Below the pieces are notes generated by a model. It searched no databases, was not told the DNA's origin, and saw nothing but the letters and a program-made list of their open reading frames with translations. The translations under genes were made by a program, and so were the position numbers. Of a DNA stretch of 64,000 bases, positions 41,174 to 53,299 are shown in pieces. How positions within the stretch are numbered: position 1 is the first letter of the stretch; each line of letters starts with the position of its first letter. This stretch comes from Adineta vaga (lineage: Eukaryota > Animalia > Rotifera): assembly GCA_021613535.1 (NCBI GenBank), contig CP075495.1, positions 10,044,001-10,108,000 on the forward strand, given 5' to 3'.

Positions 41174-43697
41174 GGCATGATGAAAAGGGAGAGAAATATA
41201 TCAATAAAGTTTCATTTGAATCATGTCATTCTAAAAATGTAGAAATATAAAACAAATGAATATTATTATTTAATAGATTAGGAAATAGTTAAATAGATAT
41301 GTTTATATGTTTTAGAACGATCGGATTACAAAGAATGAAATATTATTGTTCAGATAATCATTGCATCCTTAAGGAAATAACATGTCTAAGTTAAATGACG
41401 AGACAACCAATTCAAGTCATTTGTAATATGAGAGGGAACTATTAGGAAAGAAAAGTTAGCAATATAGAGAATAAATGATGTCGTGACAATTAAAAACATT
41501 TGATAATATGCCTTGTGGCATAAAGTGCCTGTCACTTGTCTTCTTTCGAACTTTAATTGAGAACAAAAGAACAACGAATCAATAATAAGTAATTGTATTG
41601 TATGAGAAGTACAGATACGAGATGATTTAGTTCTTTTGAACAGATATACCATTATCTAATATATAAATCTCTAGTTTGATTAAAAAAAGATGTAGAAAAG
41701 GATCAAGATATATATGTAAGAGAAGATGTTGTTACTATATACATTTATTTGCCTCAATATGACCTACAAATATCCTCACACTTTTAATCAATTTTCTTTT
41801 TTCTCTCTCTCATTCTCTCATCATAAAATAAGATGCCGCCAATACGAGCATCGTTTCTCATATCTTCTTTCGTGTAATTGCACTCGACACCATCCCCATT
41901 AATGCACCGTTCATTGTCATTGAAGCAAATTGACTTCAGGCCTGACTCGCATCTCGAAACTATACATATGAATGTCTCGTGCTCAATATATAAAGTGTTC
42001 TATGTTTATCTATGCAATACCTTACGTCGACATAATGATAATGGAATCCGTACGATAGCACTTATTCTTCATTTATTGAAAAAATCAACTTTCTTTGTCT
42101 TGACTAGAAATAATGTTAGAGGCTATCACCTACCCTTACTTGTTAGCTCTTCTTGTCTTTGTTTTATCAGTATAAAGAACAAAAAAGAAAAGAAAACAAA
42201 TAAACAAATACTTGATCAGTCAGTACTGACAGATGTTCAGTTGCATGTCACATCGATGTGATCAATTCATTTGCTAGTAGGAGAGAAAAAAACGGAATTT
42301 CAAGAGTTTGCCTATGTTTATCTTTCGTTATTTCTCTTTCCGTGTTTGTAATGTTACAGTACAAGCACATGAATTAAATATGTAGAAAGACAAGGTAAAG
42401 AACGACGAAGAAGAGAGACAAGAGTTTTTCCTTGCATTATTTATCATCTATTCTAACTGTCATATTCAAGACGACGTCCTTGTCAAAATGGACAAGAGAT
42501 TTTTTCTTCTTGCTTATCTATAGATGGATAATGAAGAATGATGTCATCAGTAATTTTAAACATTTGACTTACTTCAATCGAAGACTTAACGGTCTGTTCA
42601 TTATTCTCAGCATTTAGTTACACATTTACCTCAAACTTAAAGAAGATGATGAAGACGAAGACGAAGAAGAGGAAGAAGAAGAAAAAGAGGAGGTCAATCG
42701 ATCCAATATGTTGTACTTCATTCTGTTTCTCTCGTTCTCTCTCTCTCTCTGTCTTCCTCTTTTCACTGTTTTATTCTTTCTGGTCACTTGAAACATCTAT
42801 GAATAATAATCATCATTGTAAAACTAACGAGAGAGTGAACAAATACTGATAGAAATTAAATATTAATCAATAACATCTTCTAACCGTTTGTTGAGTCGTT
42901 GAATTGAATATATAGTCATACCAATGTCTTCGGGGATTTAAAATTCTCAATGAGGGTCAACAATGAACAAGAAAACTGTCTTGTTCTTCCATTTTCTTTC
43001 TTTTCTTTTATTGACTATCCACATCAATATATAATCGCTATACTCGTCGTGTGGAAGAAAGAAAAGGTGTACGACGTGTGTAAGCAAGAACATCTTTACA
43101 TTTTATATCGTACTCATACTTTCAACACGATAGCATGATGGTCAGTTCAATTAAAAACTTGCGTACTTTCTCTTTTTATTCATTCATTTCTTTTGATGTA
43201 TATTCGATTAAACTATTTTATATCATTGATTGTCTACAGAAAAAAGAAAACGTGTTGATGACGATTTTATTCTCGAAGATGTTACAAATTGTCGCTTATG
43301 TCCCTACTTTATTTTTCTAACACTATTTAATCTTGCTGTTCGTACACACATATTTGAGTCATATTAATGTAACTACTGATCATATCTATCGCAGAGAAAA
43401 AAAAGCCAAATATGTACATGATGATAGAGAAGTGTTGATGATGTTCTAATTCTACCTAATTATTCAAAGGAAAAGAAAATAAACTCGAACAACTGACTTT
43501 AATTTGGTCTGTCGATGTCTATACACATGAAGCAATTAGTGTTACTGTATTTAAGCTATGCCTGATGTCGATATTCAATCAAGATCATCTCATATGTGCG
43601 TGCATGTAAAAGAAGATGACAAGTCTATTATTGGTCTCCTCCCTTCTCCATCAGAAACAGAAGCAGCAGCAGTAATAACGATTACTTTGTGAGCATA

Positions 43698-43724
43698 TGA
43701 TGATGATGATGATGATGACGATGA
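43698..43724. repeat. (GAT)n microsatellite; similar tract at ~44807-44834; (TA)n tracts at ~24186, ~34881 and ~63226
   Basis: Direct reading of the sequence. Confidence 0.85.
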
Positions 43725-46700
43725 TCATGGTGATGCAATCGATCGTCTTAACGAGAAGATTACCTGCACGCACGCTTACTCAATTGATTCAGTAGTCAAA
43801 ACAAAAGCAATCGAAGTTCGTCTTCTTTTTCTTTTATTCTCTTCTATATTTTATTTGTTTACGTTCGTGAATAGTTATTCTGACTAGTCACTAATCGTTT
43901 TCAAGTTTAGTCACGACTACAATGTCTGTTTTGGATGACTGACAAGCAAAAAGAAAACATACTCGATATCATCATTTGACGTGACCTGAGATAGACAATA
44001 AAAGAATATAAAAAGAAATGAAAGAAATAAGAATCAACAACTTCCGTTGAACACTCTCTACTCTCTAAACTATGTAGATAGAAAAAGCTAAGAAAATTTC
44101 ATTAGTCCCATTGCTTGCTATTGTCGCCCGATGTCGATGACATCGGCAACTTAGTTGAAAAAGTTCAATTAATCGATTCAATTTCCATCTGATTACGATC
44201 GATGTTCCCATCAGAAATCGATTTAATCAATAAAAATCTGATGTTTTTTGTTCTCAAAGGAAAACTCTCTTATCTTTAAGATTCACTCTTCTATGTATCA
44301 TCTATTGTCATGTTCAGTCAGTCAGTCAGTTCAATATAACAAATAATAAGAGAATGACAACAGCTGAACGCTGCTGTTACACATTTAGATGTCATAAGAC
44401 AGATAATAAAAGAAGAAGAAGAAGAAGAGAGAATGATGAAATGAAGCAAAATAATATAGACCGGTGTATTATTCATAGTTATGTTAACAGATCAAGATAT
44501 TTTATTTGTACTTACTGTGTATATACACCCTGGGGATAGATGATGTTTTTCTTATTGAAGAAGAAAAAAATGATGATGTAGATAGGATATCAGAATTGTT
44601 GGATATGTCAATCTTCTTTTTTCTTCATCTCAACTTGTTTTGTTGATAGTTATGAAGAGAGTTGTATGTATGTTCAATTAGAATAGGAGTGCGAACACGA
44701 GAATAAGAGAACATTACTATTCTTCTCCCTCTTCTTCGTCTTCTCTTCTTCGTGTTCTTTTTTCTCCTTCACATCTTTTTCCCTATCTCTCAAGTACTAT
44801 CGATCTTGATGATGATGATGATGATGGTGATGATGTAATCTTTTTCAAACGTTATTTCCAGACATGGTCATGGTTCAATTGAGAATTGGAAGAAAAAAGA
44901 AACTATTTTGTGATCAATCTTCTTCTTTTTCCTATATCTACAGAGACTTCGTGCATTATATATTTATATCCATACTTTTATACGAGTTTCTTATTCTCTT
45001 CAAATCTTAATTCAATTTTTAAAAGAAGCAATCATCATTATCATTATCATTGACTAAATCTCTTGAGACATGCAACATGGATAATAACAATATTGCGATG
45101 ATTATTAGACATTGACATAACAATACCAAGGACAAACATAGAAAAACGACTGATGAATCATTTTTTCTCTTATTATGGTTTTACTTTGATGATCATCGTT
45201 AGAAAAAGTTTTTGTTTTAAAGTTAATCAACTGATATGAAAGAATAATCAATAGTTCATTGAATGATTTTGATTGTGAGAGAGGTGAAGCTAATACTCAG
45301 GAAATTTGTTAACCATAATAAAGAGAAAAAGTGCACGTCTACTGGTCATTGCGTGTAGACACCAGATCTATTGTCTTGAAGATTAATACAAGACTAATTA
45401 CTAAATGATTGCTATTGTTTTCATTAGCTCTCAATTAATTATCGATGGATAGAAGAAAAAAGAAAGGAAACTTGTTGATGTCCATCATTTTTCAATAGGT
45501 AGTTTCATTCTTTTTCATTATGGAAGAAAAAAAATTATTCAATCATTTGTCAATTTAGATTCAATGATGATAAAGAACAAAACGAACATGAAGACAATAT
45601 ATCACTGTCAAACTATTTCGTATTGAATGGCAATTGCATCTGTTATGTCCTCGAAATCATGATTAGTTCGTTGATATATACTCCAATGAACAATGACAAT
45701 AGCAGACAACGAGAAGAAATGTCAATATGACAAAATTATTTCATCAGAGCGAAACGATTATGAGAAAAAGTTATCTAACAAAAGATAGGTTCTGAAATTT
45801 TGTTCAGATTGTTAATATAAATCTTTTTCGTCTTCTTTGAATTTGTTTTTCTCTGAGAAAAACCTTGGTTAGTCATTCAGCTGTAAAATCCGTTTTCTTT
45901 GAAGATAATATTGATCAAAGCAAAATGTCTAAGATAACCATGGTTAATCCTCAAAACAGCAAATGAATAGAAAAAACCCATCCATCTACATGCAAACTTG
46001 TAATAAGCTTATGATCTATATTTATATTATGATACATTTGAGTAGAGATTTTCGTCGAGTTAATCGATCAACTGAATGCATTTATTCTGTTGATTTGGTT
46101 AGATAAATATTTTCTTTCTCTATATACCAACTATGCAATATCTTCATTAATCCAAACGATATTTAACCTTCATTATATCTGATACCTTGAATTCAAAGGA
46201 GAAAATTATTAGAAGAAATCTTCATCAATAGATTTCTACTCGATAACTGATGTTTCAATAACAAACGCGTGTAGATTGTTTATATAGAAACAATCAATGT
46301 GACTTGAGCGAGAATATTCTATAAAGAAAAGAAAAACATTGATTGTAATCTAGACAAAACTTGAATAATGACTGTCGATTAGTTTCGAAACAGATTGATG
46401 ATCAATTGCAGGCAGTAACTTATGAAAGTAGATCAATACTAATATACGTTTATTATTTTTAGATAAACATATGATTCTTTTCGTAAAAGTCATCGATCAT
46501 AGCAAGTCATATTTTATTTACAGATTTTATTTTTTGTTATATATTTAGAAAATAACATGTCTCGTTGCCAATGATGTCCGATGATCAATCGTAAGCTCAT
46601 GAAATACATAGAAGAATCTCATCTGAAGGATGAATAAGAACGTACGTTTAAAATAAACATCGACGTCAGACTATTGTTCGCATCTATAGAATTAGTAATG

Positions 46701-49700
46701 TCAGAGGTGGGCAGAACATTGACTCAGAAAAGTTCCTATTAAATCTAGAGCAAACTCATAATATGATTTCACAAATTTGAATAACAAAAAACAGCCGTCA
46801 GTTGTATGCATGGCCGCTGTTCGTTCTGTTTTTGTAATGAATAAATAAATTCCTTCTCTCATTTTGTCGATAACATGAATTCTGGAAATAAATAGATTCC
46901 AACAGATGTTAATGTAAAATATCATAATCTTTCTAATCAAGAATGACTCAGATCATAGTTATGAAACATCCAACAATGCTATTTTTATTAAAGTGATTTA
47001 TTAGTAGATCATGCATGATTAGAATATTCTGTAAAAAATGAATCCATTAAGTGTATGTGTGGAAATATCCTAACGTCATCACTCAACGTATACTCTCAAG
47101 AATGAGGGTGTGAATATCAGAGACAAAGTTTCGTAAATTTCCCCACCTGCACAGTTTTATTAATTCTAATTGCAAGAATACATTAGCAGTTGATGATGCT
47201 TGAGTGAAGTTATAGAATAAGTGCATACATGTCGATATAGTCAGAATTTTCAGATAGAACATATAGAAGAAAGGGACATTTACAGTTGACAGTGGTAATA
47301 TAAAAGTACATTCGTTATTGTTGTTCTTTCTATTATCATTCTATAAAGCAAACTCATCTACCAAATTGTGATCAATGAAAATATTTATTCTTATAGTATA
47401 AGGCTATGTGTTAAACACAATAAATCACTATTGTTCGTGTGCAAACCTAAATGAATAGAATATATAGTTGTATATCTTGAATTTATCCAAAGAGAAACTA
47501 CTGAAAGATTCACATGTAAAAATAATATTTACTGACTGAACTGGAATGATGTAACCACTATTTTAAAAATTAAATTAACTGAATTTTGTGAAGAATGATA
47601 GTATGAAAATATTCGTTATGTATCGAATGACTTATTAAACAATAAAACAAATTTCGTATCCATACACGTCAAACTATATATGATAGCATTGGAAAGTTAA
47701 CTAATATATTGTGCTTTGTGCTAATTATAGTTAGAGACGAATGTAGAAATGGTAAAATCATGACTGTAAATGAATTGATATTGTTAATAAATTTTTATAT
47801 TTGAGGCATCAATCTTTATTAAGAAATATAAATATAGATTTTCGAGTGGAAACTTATTCGTTGCCTTAAACATAATATTTTTACGTCATTTAATTAAAAA
47901 CAAACAGACTCAATATAATGCGATGTGAACAAATGTAGTATGTCGACATTTCTACAATCAGTTGAATTTATAGTTAAGATTTATTCGTACGAATTCATTC
48001 AATCATGGAAATAAGTTCATATAAGAATGAAAAAACTAAGTGTTTTCTAATTGGATTTTACTTTAATCTCGACACTTTTCATTAGTCTTGAAATCAGATG
48101 AATATTGTGGATAGATGGGAACTGTCTTTTGGTTCTTTTATTTGATAAATCCTATTAGACTTTAACTGATATTTCAATATAATTAAAAGCAATGTCAAAT
48201 AAATTTAACAGCATTCATCGATTTATTTCCTTTATTGATATTCGAACGAAAAAAATAGAATCTATTAAATATTTGAAATAACAACGTATGACATACATTA
48301 GAGTACGTTGATGTACTTAGAAGTAAATCAAACGATAATTTCAATGTTGAAATCGCTTTTCTTGTCGAAATTTTAATCGTCGAAAAAATTCATTTGGGAA
48401 TAAATCGTTAATATTGTCGCTTGCGTCAAACACCGAAGAGATCTCGTCATGACTGCGTCGACTACGCCATCGGCCAAGGATAAGATGATATTCATGAAGC
48501 TAAGAAATAACAAAATAATTAGTAAAAAGAAATCATAAAAGTAATCGAAATACTTTTTGTAAATAACGTCTTAATTCTTCTTTTGTGTGAAAAACTTCTG
48601 GACGAGTCGGTGGTGCTGAAAATATGAAAGTCATATTTTATCATAAATATTTAATTATTTATCGAAACTAACGTGGCACATTGGATAAGATTGCTTGAGC
48701 AAAACTGAAAAATACAATCATTAATATGAGATATAGAATCGTCATTTTGATACTCATGATGTTGATATTATCTAGAAGAAGGAACTTGAATTCTTAATAC
48801 CTTCACATTATTTATCGTACGTGCTGGTAAGCAATGTTAACTAAAGGATAATATGAAGAAAAACGTAGTCTTATATAGACAGATGACTTCAATAAACCAT
48901 CGGAGTTTACGTTAAGAAAAGCATATATTATTAAAAAATAATCTCGGAGAAAAGTAGAAGAATTGTTTCCATGCGGAATTACCTGATAGCATTATGCCGA
49001 ATACTTTCAAACTACGATAAAAATGTCTTTATAAATATACACACCTAGTTTCCAATTCTTGAACAGATGGTTTCTGTGTATGATAAATATCGAGGGGAGA
49101 AAGAGGCGTAAACATATGATCTTCGTTAAAAGTACATAATGTTTTTTGACCTCCATGTACATAATGATTTCGCGCTGTCTAAAAGTTTTATTATCAAGAT
49201 ATTCTTAAAAATAATGCACTCTTATTTTTACATATAAATAAATATATTCGGTTGAATAAAACTCTTTCCGTGCTGCGTTTTCTCATCTAAAAAAGTATTT
49301 TATTCGCCTTGCTAGATAATCGTTCTAACTAAAAAGACAAAGAAGGAAAAGTCAGATTTAGTTTACCGTTCTACCGTTAAATAGATGTTTTAATGTGTCA
49401 AATAAAATGACAGAATTATCTGACAAGAAATTAGAAATTTACTCATGAGAAAAAAAACGCTGTATTTATTTCTTTCTGTCATAATCTAGATGATGAAAGG
49501 ATGAGTTATCAAATGAAAACAAAAAAGACTTCATTATTTATTCCTTGGAGCTTTTCTTTTTCTCTTTGGTAATCATTGTTTGTAAGAAAATTGAGTGTAA
49601 AACCTCCCGTAACTACAATTTATATTGATTATTCAAATCGAACAACTATCTATATATAGATGCATTGGTAAAGAAACAATGGAGGGAAACTCAACTAGTT

Positions 49701-52700
49701 CTCATTTGAATATTGTTTTCTATTTTGAAACAATATCCTCGAAATAAATTATGCAACACCTCTGAATAAGATGTCTTTAGATCATATTGACATTAATATA
49801 TCAATTAAACGTTTGCGAAGTTTTCTTCTGGAAATGGAAATAATTACAATTAATCCTTATATTTCTAAATGAACAGATAGAAAACTAATCGATAATGAAT
49901 AACGGATATGAATATGACATATATAGGGATATAAAAATGAAATGTTTTGACTCTTTCTCTTTTTTGAATTAAATCATTTGATTTTGACAAGAAAAGACAA
50001 CACTCTCACGTGAAGATAAAATGATTAGAATTAATTATCTTACATTTCATTAAGAAGTCATTTGGAAAATAGCAAAAAAGATGTTCAGAGAGATTCTTCA
50101 TCTAAGCAGCTTTATGCTCGTTCGAAAGTAATACAATTTTATTTAATAAAATTTTCAAAAAAAAGATGAAATTTCATTGAAAAATAGATTATGAAGCTTA
50201 TAAAATCTTTCTACGCAATAGAATGGTCTGCTCGACATTTAATAATATTTATTACACATGATATAAACATTGTTTTGAGAAGACTTTATTCTAAAGTGAT
50301 ATCTTTAATCTTACATTTTTGACATCAATTTCTAGAGATGCCTTCAAAGAAAGTCACATTATATTTCTCGAAAAGTTCATAACTAATCTTTTGTACTATT
50401 AGTTTTAACAATAACTCTACTTAATTTCTTTTTTTTTTCTATAAAGATTAATTACTTTGTCACACAAATTATCAAGATAATCGAAATCTTGATTGCATGA
50501 CTTTTTCGATTTAAAAACATTATGAAATCAGAATCTGTTTTAAAATACATCTTATAATCCATATGATAAGATATCGATGAGATGTACCTATAGACTGTAA
50601 AAAGATTAATTTACCATGAATGTCACGTGAAATATCATTTCCGCAAGAGAAGATCAAAGAAAAAGAAACTAATTGTAAATATAACTAAATAATCATTAGC
50701 AATTTAAAAACTTATTTTCTATTCTATATTACTTATTCACTTACATGATTGATGAAATCAGACTCTTTGATTGTACCTAAAGATAGTTCTAGATTAGTCG
50801 TATGTTCTTTTGAAATCATAATAAAGATACTTTTTGTTATTGTCTCTAGAGAATGTTAATAATGAATCTCTATCTTTCTAGAGAAAAAAAAGAGAAGATA
50901 ATATTAATTAGTTTCTGTTTTGACAAGCTTATTATAATTTATATATGACTATTTGTCGATGTAGATTGAAAATGTAAAATAAATACAGACTGACTTCCTT
51001 TGTTTTACGATAAATAACTATAAGATAAAGTAAAACGAAGGAAAATATTTCCTATAGACATTCAAACTGACATCCAGCATACAAGTCTGATACTGATATG
51101 TAAAAGGTAATTATATCACTTCCAGTTTTCTTTAATTTAGTTTTTCTTCAAGATAAATATGAATATATGTATTTATTGTTTTGTTTTGATTTGATTTATT
51201 ACGAATTCTCCACAGAATGAAGAATATGGAAATTATAAGTGATATCTTTGAAAATTCATTTCTTGTCGACAATTGTAGAAAAAGTCTCTTGAGAATTTTT
51301 CATAACATATGCCAGATTGTTCCTTGTGTTGAAATGTATCGAATTTATTTCAGACTTATAGACGTATACCTCTAATTTGAACTCTTTTTTTCTCGAATGA
51401 CTAACTAGAGGTTTAGTACATTTACATATTTAAGATAATTTATCAAGAATGTCAAGTTCATGACTGTAAATTCTCATCTTACAGATGTTCTTGTTTTTGA
51501 ATTCTAAATATTAAAAGTTTTGATTATTTTTACGTTCAGTTATTTGTTTTGTTGATTCATCATTATGTAATGGTGCATAACTAAAAATCATCTGATATTT
51601 CTAATTGCTCAATCAGTGAAAATTGAACCGTTTCTAATTCTCGACCATCTGATGGTTTTAATGCCAATGAGAGACTAAAAATGTTTAACTTGTAAATCAA
51701 AAACTGATGATAATACTAATGTAGTATCAACATTTAATGAAGGATCTGAATCTCAATTACTATCTACTATAAAAAGAGGAAAAAGTGTACGAAGTTTTTT
51801 TTTTTGTCATTTTCTGCATGAATCAATTTCATTGGATAAACGACCTTCAGTAAAATTCATTTGCACTCTACGAACATTAGCTTCGAAATATCGACAAACA
51901 AATATCTTTTTCTACATCATTCATTAAATCATTGTGAACGGCAATAATTAGTCATTTTTGCTCGACGTGTATATTATTCAGCTTTTCGAACATAGTCAAC
52001 AGTATATTTTCCATATTGAAACGGAACTGTAATTAAACATGATGAAGTACGTTGATGTCGATCAGAAAATATCATGGAATAAATAGAACTATTCTAATAT
52101 ATTTCATGATTCATACATACTTTCATAAGAAAATCTGCAGATTAAAGTACACAAATGGGTTCTACATATTGATCGAATAAATATTTGATCGCATACATAG
52201 AGATATATAAGAAAAAAAATATTTAACTTGTTCACACTCAGTTATCTGTCAGGAACCAGTTTCATATACTTGCTGATCTACTAATAATGCAGTTATTTGT
52301 GGTAAAGAATGAGATTGTTCAATTGGATTCGTTATCTGTATGTACATATTTGGTCAAGAAAAAAAATCTGTTTTATATAATTCACATCAGTAATGGAGAA
52401 AAATAAGATTACGAATATTGATCGAGAAGGGTTTATGATAGTTGAAGATGAATAGAAATATGACATTTTAGAATGTCTGAGTCTTAAAAGGCAAGTATTT
52501 TCTCTCACAATCATGTCATTTACAATAACATGAAAGCTTCGATTCAGATATGTTTTGTTTTCTTGATGCAAAATTAACGGAGTAGATTTTTCTCGATTGC
52601 CATTTAAAACCAACAGTTTCCACTGCATTATTCATATCAATGCAATTGATTATGGTCGAAATAATCGTTAGATATTTTCAATACAAGCTATGTATCGTGA

Positions 52701-53134
52701 AAGAAAGAATATTACTTATATTATTGTAATAATCCCGAAATATAGATCACCAAAAGTTTACTGCAAAAATAATGAGAACGTCGAAAAATATACCCTTCTT
52801 TTAGTAATCATGCTTAGTAATCCGATTACATATTCGTTAATCTAGATGATTTTATTTTGAATAACTTTTTAATTATAATACATCTGTTCTTTGATCAAAT
52901 CAGGTCGTTTGAGTTCGTTTTTGTTAATCGTAGACCACAAGACACTATCTCCGTAGAAGAAAGTTATCTGCTCATATGATTTATGAAAGAAAATGTATTC
53001 AGTTCATAATATGTTTTAGACAACCGATTAAATTATTCAAAATTCAAAGTGAAACAGTCTGTTTGGTATTAGTATGTTATACAATGAAATTAGTGATAAA
53101 AAAAGAGACAAAATTATGATTTTCTTCATTTTTC

Positions 53135-53165
53135 GACGTTTCGTCATCTTCGATGACATCGTCAG
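53135..53165 (-). ncRNA. Minimal type I hammerhead ribozyme motif (minus-strand copy)
   Basis: Minus strand reads CTGACGA-T-GTCATC-GAA-GATGAC-GAAA-CG-TC: core CUGANGA, 6-bp stem II, GAAA, palindromic ACGU, then GUC triplet. Confidence 0.65.
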
Positions 53166-53268
53166 GATACCACGAACTATACCATCATATTTAATTTTTG
53201 TGTTTAAATCTTGTTCATAGTGAAGTCATAATGCTTTCAATAAATATGATGGTATAGTTCGTGGTATC

Positions 53269-53299
53269 CTGACGATGTCATCGTAGATGACGAAACGTC
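53269..53299 (+). ncRNA. Minimal type I hammerhead ribozyme motif (plus-strand copy)
   Basis: CTGACGA-T-GTCATC-GTA-GATGAC-GAAA-CG-TC; predicted cleavage after C53299. Stem I pairing is weak (about 2 bp). Confidence 0.65.

Noticed and set aside
44128-44146. 8-bp hairpin CCGATGTC-GAT-GACATCGG
   Set aside because: Too short for a pre-miRNA, no ribozyme core around it, and expected by chance at this scale.
45337-45365. Interleaved complementary segments GTCTA/TAGAC and CTGGT/ACCAG resembling a pseudoknot
   Set aside because: Only 5-bp stems with zero-length connecting loops; sterically implausible.
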